Source of the DNA: Eledone cirrhosa
Taxonomy: Eukaryota
Reading direction: 5' to 3'
Length of the DNA stretch: 64,000 bases
Assembly (NCBI GenBank): GCA_964016885.1
Contig: OZ024749.1
Span: forward strand, 4,712,001-4,776,000
Shown here: piece by piece, positions 27,701 through 43,388 of the stretch
Layout: the number at the start of each line of letters is the position of its first letter
Numbering within the stretch: position 1 is the first letter of the stretch
Translations under genes and position numbers: made by a program
The notes under the pieces: generated by a model
Told to the model about the DNA's origin: nothing
The model's input: only the letters and a program-made list of their open reading frames with translations
Databases searched by the model: none

Positions 27701-28973
27701 ATTTATCTATACATCGTATCATATTCCCTATCAGTAAAAGGCGTTTAGTTATGATATAACTTTATCTATATTGAATACAAATGGTCACAGTGACCTGCAA
27801 GTGTATTTCCTAGTTTATTCCACTATCTAGTTTTCGTTTTCTTTTTTTTTTTTTTTTACACTTATATGATATTTGTAACATCCTGTATCTTTCTCAATCT
27901 CTATGGAATGGCTGACAGTTCCGTCTAATTGGCCACGAAACCAACACTTACCAAAATATTTTTGGACTTTTTCTTTATTTTATTATATCGTCTTTTTTTT
28001 CAAATGGTTAGTATTATATATCAACGATGTGGCTGTACTGAAAAGAATATGCTTCGCTGAAGAGGTGTAATGAGACAAAAAGTTAAACAAACAACATGTC
28101 CTTACTTTCTCCAATCTGCTAAAAACATCTTACTCTTCTTCATTAGTGAATTTTCTATAGTGTCCAACATTTCATCTTTTTTTGTTTTATTTTTATAATT
28201 TAACCATTTCTAGGAAGAGTACATATCTACTAATTACGTGAATAGTCGTTTTTAATCAGTTAAAGTTACTTTTTCAGTACCCTATACTAGATGGTACTAT
28301 AAATGTCGACCTCTTACATTTTTGTTTTAAACGCGTCTTCTCGGTTTTTGATTAAGGTTCAGTGTTGTTTTTTTTAGTTTTGCTAATGAGCGATGTTACT
28401 AACGCAAAGTGATTCGTAAAAATGCATGGTATAGACCATGATATTGCACAGATCACTTCTTTTAAATACACTAATATTTTTGCCAATACTTTACGTATAC
28501 ATAAGTGTAAAGGATACCGGTAGAACAAATGAAAATGTAGTTTAATATCCTAAACCCACATTTATTTAAACTTTGCTATCAAATCCATTGTCTAACAACT
28601 ACTATATAGCTTGCTGCATGGGCAGAGGTGCAAATTTAAATGTTTTTCATAGGCGCTAATTTCCCTTGTAACACCTCTAACGTATATTTATAGTGAAAGA
28701 GTGTCTATCTGCGAATTTAATCGGAGCTTAATGTAACGAGAAATAACTTTATATACATGTTTACCATACATATAGCTTTTGTATGTACCGATATGAAATT
28801 ATTCGAATTGGCTGAGACGTTGCATATGTTTCTGAGTTTAAAGTACCAAAGCAACACTGGTGCAGCATTATTTCCTTCCATGTGTCACAACTTTAATGTG
28901 CCGCTGGATCAAAGGTCTGAGAGCTGAGAATGTCTGTATCAGCTCATCACATCATAGTTTTTTGTGTCCATGT

Positions 28974-29115
28974 ACGCGTTTATCTTCATTGGTTGTATAT
29001 AACGCGTTTATCTTCATTGGTTGTATATAACGCGTTTATCTTCATTGGTTGTATATAACGCGTTTATCTTCATTGGTTGTATATAACGCGTTTATCTTCA
29101 TTGGTTGTATATAAC
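28974..29115. repeat. Perfect 28-bp tandem repeat x5
   Basis: ACGCGTTTATCTTCATTGGTTGTATATA at 28974, 29002, 29030, 29058 and 29086. Confidence 0.95.
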
Positions 29116-29199
29116 AGTTGTCCTTGCTTTAATTTATTTGTTATGTCATAATGACGTTTTGTCAACCTTTCATATATTGCTATCCCTCACCGGAGAAGA

Positions 29200-29320
29200 G
29201 GCGGCGAATTGGTGTTCGTCCGGCTTTCTGCTCTCTCAGATCAAATCCCTCCTAGGACAATTTTGCTTTTCATCCGATTGAGGTCGATAAAAAGGGACCA
29301 CTCTAATACTAGGTTCGATA
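29200..29320 (+). mobile_element. Decayed SINE-related head
   Basis: GGCGGCGAATTGG...AGATCAAATCCC...TTTGCTTTTCATCC...GGTCGATAAAA resembles the SINE head and core. Confidence 0.5.
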
Positions 29321-29559
29321 CTTCCTCTGTATCACTTTGTCGCATCCCCTCTCAACTTCCATCTTTCTCTGGAAGAAATCTGCTCTACTCAGGCCTGGAG
29401 AGGGATGGGCTCTGCAAGGCTTAATATGCCCAAGAGACGCCGTATGTCAGTAAGGTGCCCCTATGACTCTATCGCGAGTTAAGGGATCACACAATACCAC
29501 ACCAACGTGGGAAGAGTCGTGGTTCTTATTTAAGAAGTTATTTTCGGAACCACACATCC

Positions 29560-31632
29560 CCGTGTTAACTTACACTACACAGGGCTGTGTCAACTTACAC
29601 TACACAGGGCCGTGTCAACTTACACTACACAGCGCCGTGTCAACTTACACTACACAGCCCCGTGTCAACTTACACTCCACAGCGCCATGTCAACTTACAC
29701 TACACAGCGCCGTGTCAACTTACACTACAGAGCCCCGTGTCAACTTACACTACACATTTCCGTGGCAACTTACACTACACAGCCCCGGATCAACTTACAC
29801 TGCACAAGGCCGTGTCAACTTACACTACACCGCCCCGAGTCAATTTACACTACACATTTCCGTGGCAACTTACACTACACAGCCTCGTGTCAACTTACAC
29901 TACACAGCGCCGTGTTAATTTACACTACACCGCCCGTGTCAACTTACACTACACATTTCCGTGTCAACTTACACTACACAGCGCCGTGTCAACTTACACT
30001 ACACAGCGCTGTGTCAACTTACATTACACAACCCCGGATCAACTTACACTGCACAGGGCCCTGTCAACTTACACTACACAGCCCCTGATCAACTTACACT
30101 ACACAGACACGGGGCAACTTACACTACACAGCCCCATGTCAACTTAAACTATACAGCGCCATGTCAACTTACACTACACTGCCCCGTGTTAACTTACACT
30201 ATACAGCCCCATGTCAACTCACAGTACACAGCGCCGTGTCAACGCACACTACACCGCCTCGAGTCAATTTACACTACACATTTCCGTGTCAACTTACACT
30301 ACACATTTCCGTGTCAACTTACACTACATAGCCCCGTGTCAACTTACAATACACAGCGCCGTGTCAACTTATACTACACATCCCCGGATCAACTTACGCT
30401 GCACAGGGCCGTGTCAACTTACACTACACAGTGTCGTGTCAACTTACACTATACAGCGCCGTGTCAACTTACACTACACAGCGCCGTGTCAATTTACACT
30501 ACACAGCGCCGTGTCAACTTACACTACACAGTGTCGTGTCAACTTACACTACACACGCCGTGTCAACTTACACTACACAGCCCCGAGTCAACTTACACTA
30601 CACAGCCCCGTGTCAACTTACACTACACAGATACGGGGCAACTTACACTACACAGCCCCCGGTCAACTTAAACTATACAGCGCCATGTCAACTTACACTA
30701 CACTGCCACGCGGTAACTTACATTATACAGCCCCGTGTCAACTCACACTACACAGCGCCGTGTCAACGCACACTACACCGCCTCGCGTCAATTTACACTA
30801 CACATTTCCGTGTCAACTTACACTACACAGCGCAGTGTCAACTTACACTACACAGCGACGTGTCAACTTACACTACACAGCCCCAGGTCAACTTACACTA
30901 CACAGCCGCGTGTCAACTTACACTACACAGCCCCGTGTCAACTTACACTATACAGCGCCGTGTCAACTTACACTACACAGCGCAGTCTCAAGTTGCACTA
31001 CACCGCCCCGTGTCAACTTACACTAAACATTTCCGTGTCAACTTACACTATACAGCGTCATGTCAACTTACACTATACAGCCCCGTGTCAACTTACACTA
31101 CACAGCCACGGGGCAACTTACACTACACAGCCCCGTGTCAACTTACACTACATATTTCCGTGTCAACTTACACTACACATTTCCGTATCAACTTACACTA
31201 TACAGCGTCATGTCAACTTACACTACATAGCCCCGTGTCAACTTACACTACACAGCGCCGTGTCAAGTTACACTACACCGCCCTGTGTCAACTTACACTA
31301 CACATTTCCGTGTCAACTTACACAACACGGCCTCGTGTCAACTTACACTTCACAGTCACGGGTCAACTTACACTACACAGCTCCGGGCCAACTTACACCA
31401 CACAGCCTCGTGACAACATACACTACACAGCGCCGTGTCAAGTTACACTACACAGCCCCTTGTCAGCCTACACTACACAGCGCCGCGTCAACTTACACTA
31501 CACAGCCCCGTGTCAACATACACTACACAGCGCGGTGTCACCTTACACTACACAGCCCCGTGTCACCTTAAACTACACAGCCCCGTGTCAACTTACACTA
31601 CACCGCTCCGTGTCACCTAACACTACACAGCG
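29560..31632. repeat. 25-bp satellite array (~80 units)
   Basis: Consensus GTGTCAACTTACACTACACAGC(G/C)CC; conserved 19-nt core and variable 6-nt block (AGCGCC/AGCCCC/ATTTCC/AGGGCC/CGCCCC). Confidence 0.95.
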
Positions 31633-31699
31633 CTCTGGACAGATATACTCTTCTATGTCTACGGATTCACCGATATCTTTTGGGGAGAATGTAGTCGAC

Positions 31700-31935
31700 G
31701 GTTGTGTCTGTGTGTGTGTCGTGTGTGTTGGTGTGAGTGTGTTGGTGCGTGCGTGTGTGTCGAAGTGTGTGTGTGTCGATGTATGTGAGTGTCGGGATAT
31801 TGGTATATTTGTGTGTGTGTCGGTGTGTGTGTCGGTGTCTGTGTGTGTCTGGTTGTGTGTGTGTGTGTGTCGGTTCGTGTATGTGCGCGTGTGTTTGCGG
31901 ATGTGTGTGTGTGTGTGTGTGTCGGCGTGTGAGTG
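31700..31935. repeat. Degenerate (TG)n
   Basis: Directly visible. Confidence 0.85.
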
Positions 31936-34900
31936 TATACGTCACCGATATAAATCACATAAGTATGAACATATTGTCAAAATAAACTAACAGGTATCAT
32001 TTACCAGCCATGCCGTCCTTTTATATATCTGTGTGGCAATAATTCTCGTGCACTCTCGTGACATGTTCACCATTCAGACATATAATAAACTGATCCATCG
32101 AGTAGGATGTTCCTCTAAGCAGTGTCACGACAGTTCAAGAGTTTCCAAATGAAATATATAAAAGTAAATATAAAATTGTTCCTTGTTCTTTTCGTATTCT
32201 TACATAAAATTGCGTTTCAGTATATTATATTATTTCTTCGTGTGTTTATTACAAGCCTGTTATTCTTCTCAACAATAATCTGTATGGCAATATCTCTACT
32301 TAAAATCTTGTTAACAATCTCTATCATATAATCCCGTTCCTCTTCGATCGTTGGAGTACATTTTGAAAACAGGAATAAACATGAAAATGGCCTACTCTTT
32401 CACAAAGTTTGGAAAGAATAATTTGCACGTTTTTCTAATAAATATTATATTGGTATAAAAGCAATAAGAATCAGAAATGGAAAGGACGAATCTATTTAGA
32501 ATCTTTCTGTATAAAGTTAATTCACGCAGCTTCCATTGTTAACATCCTAACTTGACAAGTGAAGAAGCCATTGTAACATTCATTGCATTTGTTCTGCTTT
32601 AGCAATATGGTCAAATATTTTCAGGCTGTTAAGAGACCACGACTGAAGTTATTTTCACTTGCTTTTCATTAATAGGAAGGACATTCAAATCTTCATGTAG
32701 TCGTTGCACGATATGTATTTGGCACTTTAAACCTGGCAAATACCATCCCTCCTCGGCTTAGAAAGCAACCGGTTTCTTCCAGTGGGAGAGCGGAATAGAG
32801 AATAAGGGGAGTGTGAGAGAAAGGGGAATTAAATGGTAGAAATAACCCCTGTATTTAACTGGTATACTATTTTCTAAGCTTGAAAGAATGGATGTCAAAT
32901 TTAACCTAGGCGAGGTTTAAACTGAGAGACAAATAACACGAAGCATGCTATTCATCGGTCTATCCACTGCTAATTTGCCTCCTCTTTTCATTAAGTAATG
33001 GTGTAAAATACTTATAACTTTCACCTCCTTCACTTTAATTATCTCACTATAATTCTATGGCTCGTTTTTGTATATTCTGAAAGTGTAATTCTAGGTCGTA
33101 CCTGAAGTCTCGCGATGAAAATACCCAGCTATATTTTTCCCGTGGTACGTCATGGCATTTCCTAGATAAATGTGTGCAAAGTGGAGTCATTTATGTCCAT
33201 GCCCAAGAGTTTGTTTTCGGGGAGTTCCCAAAATGCGTCAGTCGCTGTTTTGCAGGTAAGGTGTAATGTGCTGCATTACTTACTTGTGACGTTTCTATTT
33301 CGACCGATACAGCTAACAATGATCCTCAATTCCTGAAGACCTTATTAACTGGAGTTGCGTCGTTTGTGTGTAGCTATTATCCGGGGACCAAACACTATTC
33401 ATCATAGTGGAAACATAGAACACCTCGAAGGTGGAAAAGAGTACAAAAGGTGCGGAGAAACGGAAAGGTTTCTAAATATTTTTCCTGAATTAATTGATAT
33501 GGCGCATTTCATTAGAAATGTGGCTGGAAAGGTTTCATTTCTGCCATTGTTTCTGAAACTATGTCCCTTAATAAACTATATAACACAGATAATTTTCAGG
33601 CTGACCCCAACACAAAAAGAGATGATCAGCAAGATAATATTAGTGTTTTATATCCTGGTGGAGTTTAGAGTTTCTCTCTTGACATATGGCATGTACTGGA
33701 CCTTTTATACCTGACGGAACTCATCGCTCTTCAGGTCAAACCTACGAGATAGCTACCGCTGAGAGAGAGAGAGAGAGAGAGAAATAGATTGATAATGTTA
33801 TATTAATCAATCTCAAATTGAAGTATGACAGATTTTACATGGGCGGGATTTGAACTCAGGTCGCATACCGAGGCAATTTTTAAAATTTCAATTTTCAATG
33901 ACTCTGCCGACTCAGAAGCATATTTGCTTATACATAAAGCTGAAAACCTATGCCACATACCTGTGCTGGTATTGAGACTTACCTTTATGAGGGACTGGTG
34001 TTCTGTTCAAGTCGGCAACCTTGTACTTTAACTCGAGTAACGCCACAAATAATCGAAAAATCTTGGGCGTTCGCCCAAACTATGCAAGCGTAGAAAAAGA
34101 AATGGATGTAATATCTCATTCCCTACAAAAAACAAATTCTCCTGAAATATCTGACTAAATATGGTATCTGGGAATATAACAACGCATTAGAAGCATTAAT
34201 CTTATTTGCAGTATACCATTACCTATTTCTTGCCGAGAAGATGCTGCTCTCTTATTCTTAATACTGGTAATTTTAGTCGGTATGGCTTCCTGATCCCTTC
34301 ACGTCTTTTAATCAAGACAAATTATTCCTTGTATATATTTAATATTTCTTCTACCTGTAATATGTGTTCATTACAGTTTCTTCCCCCATCCTTATTATTC
34401 ATATTCCTTCCTAAACTCTGCTAAATATTCCTTTCCTTTCCTGTTTCTCTTTTGTTTATTATTTTTATTGCTGTCGGTTTTGTTGTTCTTCTTCGTAAAT
34501 TTCTTCTTTATCATCATGTTATTATTATTGTAGTTGGTGGTGTTATTCTTCTTATTCTTGTTATTCTTGTTATTTTTGTTATTCCTAGTCTGAACATTGC
34601 GTCGATAGTTTTCTTTCTACAAAAAGAATTAGGTACATTTAAAAGAAAAACATACCTGAACGCTTTTATACAAAAAAGAAAAATGTTTTAAGAGAAATGT
34701 TCAAAGCTAACGAAATTATTCAATATTAACACCTGTGTTTGAGTGATTGCTTTAAAAATATTTATAATCCCGGTATTGTTATTTTCAGTAAAATACTCTC
34801 CTCATCCTTATATGAAAGGTGTACAGCTAATGTCTCTATATAAATAACAGACTTTCGATGTCTCTTTTTCCCATATGTTTCTCAGGTGTTTTATTGCTAG

Positions 34901-34964
34901 GGGCCCCAGTACTTTCATGACCAGAACAAAGCGCACCTCCTGGTCATTGGCCCGAACCTATGAC

Positions 34965-35085
34965 CTTATGATTATGAAAAGCAAAGTTAACCTCGGTGAG
35001 ATTTGAACTGAGAATGGCAAGGGTCGTAATTCTATGCGTGAAATCATGCCGTCCGACCCTCTACCAATACTGCCAATCCACAGCA
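34965..35085 (-). mobile_element. SINE 5' half
   Basis: ATGAAAAGCAAAGTTAACCTCGG...ATTTGAACTGAGAA...CCCTCTACCAATACTGCCAATCCAC. Confidence 0.8.
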
Positions 35086-36949
35086 ATAATAATAGTTGTG
35101 GTTCATGAATAATGGTGGAAAATACCGAGTAATGGTGTGTAGTTTGAGTCCTGGAAGTTTCTTCAATTCATATCTCCTGCGTATCCGCATAAGTTACCCT
35201 ATTGTTTCGGGTTTTAGTTGTAGCGACCTGCTATTATTATTTTCGTTTCCGTTGGAACAACTACATTCCTGGGAAAAAAATATTACAAATAAAAACATGA
35301 TTGTATATGTATGTATGTACATCTTTCGAAACAATAGGAAAATAATAAATGGAGTGCTAACAAGTGATGACATCTCCAGTGTTTGTTGAGTAGGAATAAG
35401 GACGTTTCTAACTTCTTCAAAGGCTTCAATGGTGTGTGTATAGTGGGGGGGTATATTTCATAGCAAGGAATTGTATTTGGGCTACAGACGTTAACCATCG
35501 ATATCTAAGCACCACGTGCAACCGAATTCGGTGAATGGAAAATCGATGAAATGAAAGAGAAAGAATAAAAAATGAAAAGCAAAAGGGAAATGAATATAAG
35601 TGCGAAAGAATGCAGAAGATATAAAAGAATGAAATGAAATGGACATTAGATGGAATTATGTAAGAGAAATATGAATATATGTTGAAATAAATGGAGGAAA
35701 TAAGGAACGGCAAGAAAAAAACAGAGTAAAAGGAAAGTATGAGACGAAACGGTTTAAAAAAAGTATCAATCTAAAGAAGATAATAAAAGATAAAATAACG
35801 AGAACAACAGCTGTAAAGGGACATGAAACGGTGATGAAATAGATGGGAAAAGGTTAAATAAAAGAAAAATGCTGGACGCACAAAGAAAAAAATTAATGTT
35901 TTTTTTTTTTTTTACTGAAAAGCTATCCCGTAATTACACAATAGGGATAAATATAAATCAATTAAATCGATTCTCTAGTTCTTGATTATTACTTACAGTG
36001 TTGATCTCAGAGAGAAATAATGTATGAAATCGTCAACAATTTGTCTGGAATTCAGAATGAATTTAGACGAAATGAGTCATAGCCACACCGAGAAGAAAAT
36101 GTTTCACCGAGAAGAAAATGTTTCACCGAGAAGGTCTAAGAAAATCTAAACATGTCATTACTTATATCAGTTAGTTTAAAATAACAGACCCATTACAATC
36201 TGCATTGATTCTGCTGTGTTAGAAATGTCTTTTCACTTAGTAAGACTAATGTTTTCTGCTTATTTCATTTATATATTTTAATCACTTTAAAACTTCTCGT
36301 AGAACTTCTCACTATGGCAGACTGAGAAATATCTCTAATACCCCTTATAAAGAGAAAAACATAAAATGGAGGGAGGGTGGGGGGTAATATAAAACAGCGA
36401 AGACATAAAAACAGAGAAAAGGTGGGAGAAAAAGGAGGTGTGTAGAGGAGTTAAATATTTTTGCTTTTGAATTTAATCATAAATTTCATAAACTGGAAGA
36501 CGTCCAAAATAAAAGGAACAAGTAAGGGAGAAAATTCCAATAAGATAAGTAGATCAAACATTTTTGACATTAATGACAATAGTGTCCTTGAGGCATGTTG
36601 AAAGTTAGCAAGAATATGGCTGAAGGGCTGCACTGTTAGATTTGTGAAGTAACAGCTGTTAACGCCAGGAAGATACAACACTCATATTCCTAGGCAATAT
36701 TGTTTAATGTAGCGTCATAGAGATTCAGCAATAAATTCTATATATTGTTTTCCTTGATGGAGAAAAAGCTCTTATTGTTTGTGTATTGTCACCTATTTGT
36801 ATCTGTTTCTACAGATATTTATATATTTTCGGCTATCATCTCTGAAAGAAGCCATAAAATAATTAAATTTCTTCAAGTAAACACCATTCACACCAGGCTT
36901 ACGAAGTTGGCATTTGAAAAGAAAAACAAAAAAAAAACGAAGCATCTAT

Positions 36950-37101
36950 GTGTGTATATATATATATGTGTGTGTATATATACATATGTACATAGATACA
37001 TCTATATACATACCTATATATATGCATACCTGTATATATATATATAGGTATGTATATAGATGTATCTATGTACATATGTATACACACAAACATACACACA
37101 C

Positions 37102-37188
<87 letters not shown>

Positions 37189-37235
37189 TTTCTGTTTATA
37201 TGTATATATATATAGAGAGAGAGAGAAGAGAGAGA
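36950..37235. repeat. (TA)n compound microsatellite
   Basis: Directly visible. Confidence 0.9.
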
Positions 37236-37519
37236 TGCATATATATTTGCCAGTTTTTGTTTGTCAGTCTGAGGATTTCTCCTCTCATTCCAACATCATC
37301 GGTGATCTATATCAAACCCCCATCTCTATCTAAGTTACTCCTATACAGTTTAATTCCCGATATAATTCTTTTATCTCTCAGTTTCCTATCTCTTTATATA
37401 TCACTCTCCCTTTCCTTCCATATACTCATCCTTCCATCTTCTACATGAATTATCTCCCTTACTAACTCTCACTTCTTTTATCTCCAAGTTTTTTTTCTCT
37501 AGTTCCTTCCTCAGCCTTC

Positions 37520-39360
<1,841 letters not shown>

Positions 39361-39772
39361 ATTATTTGTTTGTTTGTCTTTATCTGCTAAGCTGCTGTTG
39401 GCCATATATCTTCGTTGTGGTGTTGCTTGTAAGTCAATGTCAGCTGCAAAAGCAATAACACCCCCGTTGCTGCAGATATTCGTGAATTTTTGTCAAAAAT
39501 ATTGATTTCTGTGACACTAAAGTATGTGATTGCTGGCCTTTCGCTAATCGTTGCTGCCGACTTACAGACAGACATTGCCACTGATGACTTATCGTCTGCT
39601 CTGAACTTTGACATTTACTCAGCTTTATTACTTTGGCATACATAGATTTCAATTTCTACTGGACCCTACCTGCCTACAAACCATTATATATATAGAGTGA
39701 GAGTGATAGAGAGATACTTACACACACACGTATGCACACACACACACACGTACACACACACAACTATGTGTG

Positions 39773-39846
<74 letters not shown>

Positions 39847-40535
39847 ATAAGGAGTTGGCAGGACCGGTTGTATCTCAGCGTATTCCATGGGAAACGTATG
39901 TAAGATATATTCCCAGAGTATACACATAGTTATTTGCTTCAATACAACACACGTAAAACGGGTGCCTATAATAGACCCAGGATCGAGTTTCCGCACTAAT
40001 GCAGCAGTAATGTCCGCTGCACCATCCGTCTGCAATATTATGCAACAATGCACAATCGGTTTATGCGGCTTCACCAGCGGGTATCGCCTAATCATTACCC
40101 AATTGATCGACAGAATCCAAACACCAGCCCATGCCGGCTATGACTGTTTGTGACAGCCACCACGGTAAAGTGATAAGCAACTGGAACCCGATACGACTCT
40201 ATCTCTCGACTAGCCACCGATTTACAAACTTTACGTGGTGGCGAGTGATAGAAAACTAATCTTTTCGTTACCGTCAAAAGACTCACCCAACGTGTCTCAC
40301 ACACAAATTAATAAGAGGTGAAAAGATGGCTATTAGAAATAGCAGTTGAGATGAGGTATAATAGAATGGTAGCATTCGGCTCATATCTCCAAGTCCCATG
40401 GCTAGAGGAAAGTGATGGTAACAATGGTAGTGCCAAGAACCTTTAACGTACTTTAAATGCCAGTATCCATTATAGAGCGATATATAGTAGCCGCGTAAAC
40501 CAGTCTATTTCACAACTTAGAAGAGTGAGAGACAA

Positions 40536-40621
<86 letters not shown>

Positions 40622-40740
40622 TATATATATATACATCATATATATATATATATAATACATTAACAGAGAAAGCTCTAAGTAATACTCCGACCGACTTCCG
40701 TCTCACTCAACAAACATTAGGATATACCTTAGTAAACCTT

Positions 40741-40770
<30 letters not shown>

Positions 40771-40775
<5 letters not shown>

Positions 40776-41518
40776 ACTAGATATTGATTAACATATAAAA
40801 ATATATGAATAATCACAGGAGATAATTTTTGATTGCGTGTAACCGCGCATAGCTTGTTTAGGCAATATTTACCTTTAAGTGTGATTAACCTTCCTTGTAT
40901 ATATCCTATTAAAGAAATACATTTCACCAATTAATCAGATGGTAAGTCACGGAAAGTGGATATTATTGGATTGTCAACAAGGAAAGTGATAATTTACAGC
41001 TATTCGTGCTTACAGAGCGAGATCAAAGTTAAACTATCCGTTACCACGTGTTGCGTCCACACAAGATAGCGGTTTCGTTTGAGTGACGTGAAAAGGTATT
41101 CGACAACTAGAAATAGCAATCAAATTCTTTTCAACAGAAATAGCTCAACAATTAAGGAGCCATATATATATATCTAAGTCCACAATTAAGATAAATGAAT
41201 TAAATGAATTTAATCTAAATCGAAATCATGGGTGTCATGACATAATGCATGCGCCAATATATCCTGGGAATTTAAGCTCAAAGATAAATAAATCTGAGCA
41301 TATTATAATAACTAGAGATATATTAACATATAAAAATACATGAATAATCACAGGAGATATTTTTTGCTGGCGTGTAACCGCGCATAACTAGTTTAGGCAA
41401 TATTTACCTTTAAGTGTGATTAACCTTCCTTGTATATATCCCATTAAAGAAATATATTTCACCAATTAATAAGAGGGTAAGTCACGGAAAGTGGATATTA
41501 TTGGATTGTCAACAAGGA
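40771..41518. mobile_element. Pair of ~213-bp direct repeats (40771-40983, 41306-41518), Penelope-pLTR-like arrangement
   Basis: TAATAACTAGA...TTGTCAACAAGGA is duplicated with a 535-bp period, bounded by TA-rich microsatellite. Confidence 0.6.
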
Positions 41519-41599
41519 TTAGATTAAATTCATTATTATTGGATTGTCAACAAGGATTTAGATTAAATTCATTTATATACATAATTATATATATATCAT

Positions 41600-41635
<36 letters not shown>

Positions 41636-41696
41636 ATACATATATATATATACATAATTATGTATATATAGATATATATATATATATATATATACA

Positions 41697-41735
<39 letters not shown>

Positions 41736-41912
41736 ATACATATATATATATATATCCATAATTATATATATATATATATATGTATGTATATACATATATA
41801 TATATACATAATTATATATATATACATAATTATATATATATATATAATTATATATATATATATGCATATATATATACATAATTATATATATATGCATATA
41901 TATATATATATA

Positions 41913-42804
41913 CGAGGTGGGTCAGAAAAGTTCCAGGACTGATGTCACAAAAGATTTATTTCAAACCCAAACTTCACACTAAGAATCTTTTCATTCAAGG
42001 TACTCCCACTGGAGTCTAATGGATTTTCCATTCGTATCTGCCATGCTTGCATGCACTCCTGGAAGGATTATTCCGGGATCCTCCGCAGTACCGTCGTCAC
42101 GGCCTTTTTGATGTCGTCCACGTCTTCAAAACCGGTCCACTCCGGCTCGTACTCGAAGATCCATGACTCATCACCGGAGATGACTGTCCCTAGCAAGTCT
42201 GGTTTGGTTTCAAGATGCTCGAGGATGTGCTGGCACACTTGCATGTGTCGTCCCTTCTGGTCATCGTTCAGCAATGTTGGCACCATCTTCGCGCAGACTT
42301 TCCGCATGTCTAAATCTTCAGTGAGAATCTCCGGACGCTGTCCCGATTCATGCCCAGCTCATTTGCTATCAGTCGAACAGTCAGCCGACGATTGATACGC
42401 ACCATCTGCCTGACACACTCAATGTTGACCTCAGTCCTGGTTGTTGAGGGCCTTCCGCTCCTGGGGTCATCTTCCACGTCTTCACGTCCCTCTTTAAACC
42501 TCTTGCACCACTCAAAAACATGTGAGTGTGACATCGTCTCATCTCCATACACTTGCAGCAGCAATCCTAGTGCTTCTGACGGAGCTTTCAAGTTTGTTCG
42601 TTGCTCCGTGCTCATTGCTTGACGACCTGAAACAGAGGACATGTATATAAAATTATGAAGAAAAAAGTTTGATCGCTGCAGAGAGCTAAGATTACAGTTA
42701 CATACTCCAGGGGTTTACTTTGAAGGAGAAAACTCTTAGTGTGAACTTTGGGTTTGAAATAAATCTTTTGTGACATTAGTCCTGGAAGTTTCTGACTCAC
42801 CTCG
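41913..42804 (-). mobile_element. Internally deleted mariner transposon with ~100-bp TIRs and TA target duplication
   Basis: TA|CGAGGTGGGTCAGAAAAGTTCCAGGACT... and ...AGTCCTGGAAGTTTCTGACTCACCTCG|TA. Minus-strand transposase pieces MSTEQRTNLK...VFEWCKRFKEGREDVEDDPRSGRP..., RKVCAKMVP, VISGDESWIFEYEPE, fused directly to FEDVDDIKKAVT. Confidence 0.95.
41988..42615 (-). pseudogene. Mariner transposase pseudogene (frameshifts, stop, catalytic-domain deletion)
   Basis: HTH region and first catalytic Asp (GDESW) are present; the HDNA and YSPDLAP.D motifs are missing. Split across ORFs 42310-42642 and 42068-42307. Confidence 0.9.
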
Positions 42805-42948
42805 TATATGTATTTATATGTATATCGGATTGGTCTGTCCCAGTCATTCATTGAGCAACATCGGTGAAGTTGGCACCCTTAACTCACGGTTGGGTGCGGA
42901 TGCATTGATGTATATGTGTGTGCCCGCATGTATCTGTGTGTTTCTAAA

Positions 42949-42992
<44 letters not shown>

Positions 42993-43008
42993 ATATATAC
43001 ACACACAT

Positions 43009-43040
<32 letters not shown>

Positions 43041-43142
43041 TATATATATATATATACATACATGATATATATATATATGTATATATACATATATATATAT
43101 ACACACACACATATATATATATATATATACATACATTGTATA

Positions 43143-43237
43143 TTGACTTTGCCTTTCATGCTTACGGGGTCGATAAAATAAAGTACCAGTAATGCACTGG
43201 TTAATTGCTGGCCTTGTGCCTAAAGTAGAACCAATTA
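43143..43237 (+). mobile_element. SINE 3' half
   Basis: TTGACTTTGCCTTTCAT...GGGGTCGATAAAATAAAGTACCAGTAATGCACTGG...GTAGAACCAATTAT. Confidence 0.85.
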
Positions 43238-43327
43238 TATATATATATATATATAAATTATATATGTATATATATATATACTTTATATGTATATATATAT
43301 ATAAATTATATATATATATGTATATAT

Positions 43328-43388
<61 letters not shown>

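Noticed and set aside
29463-31990. Long ORFs (up to 519 aa) and CRISPR-like look of the 25-bp array
   Set aside because: The 'spacers' are only ~6 nt and recur, there are no cas genes and the context is eukaryotic. The ORFs cycle through all three frames of the satellite.
36084-36132. 19-bp tandem duplication CACCGAGAAGAAAATGTTT x2.5
   Set aside because: Ordinary local slippage with no further structure.
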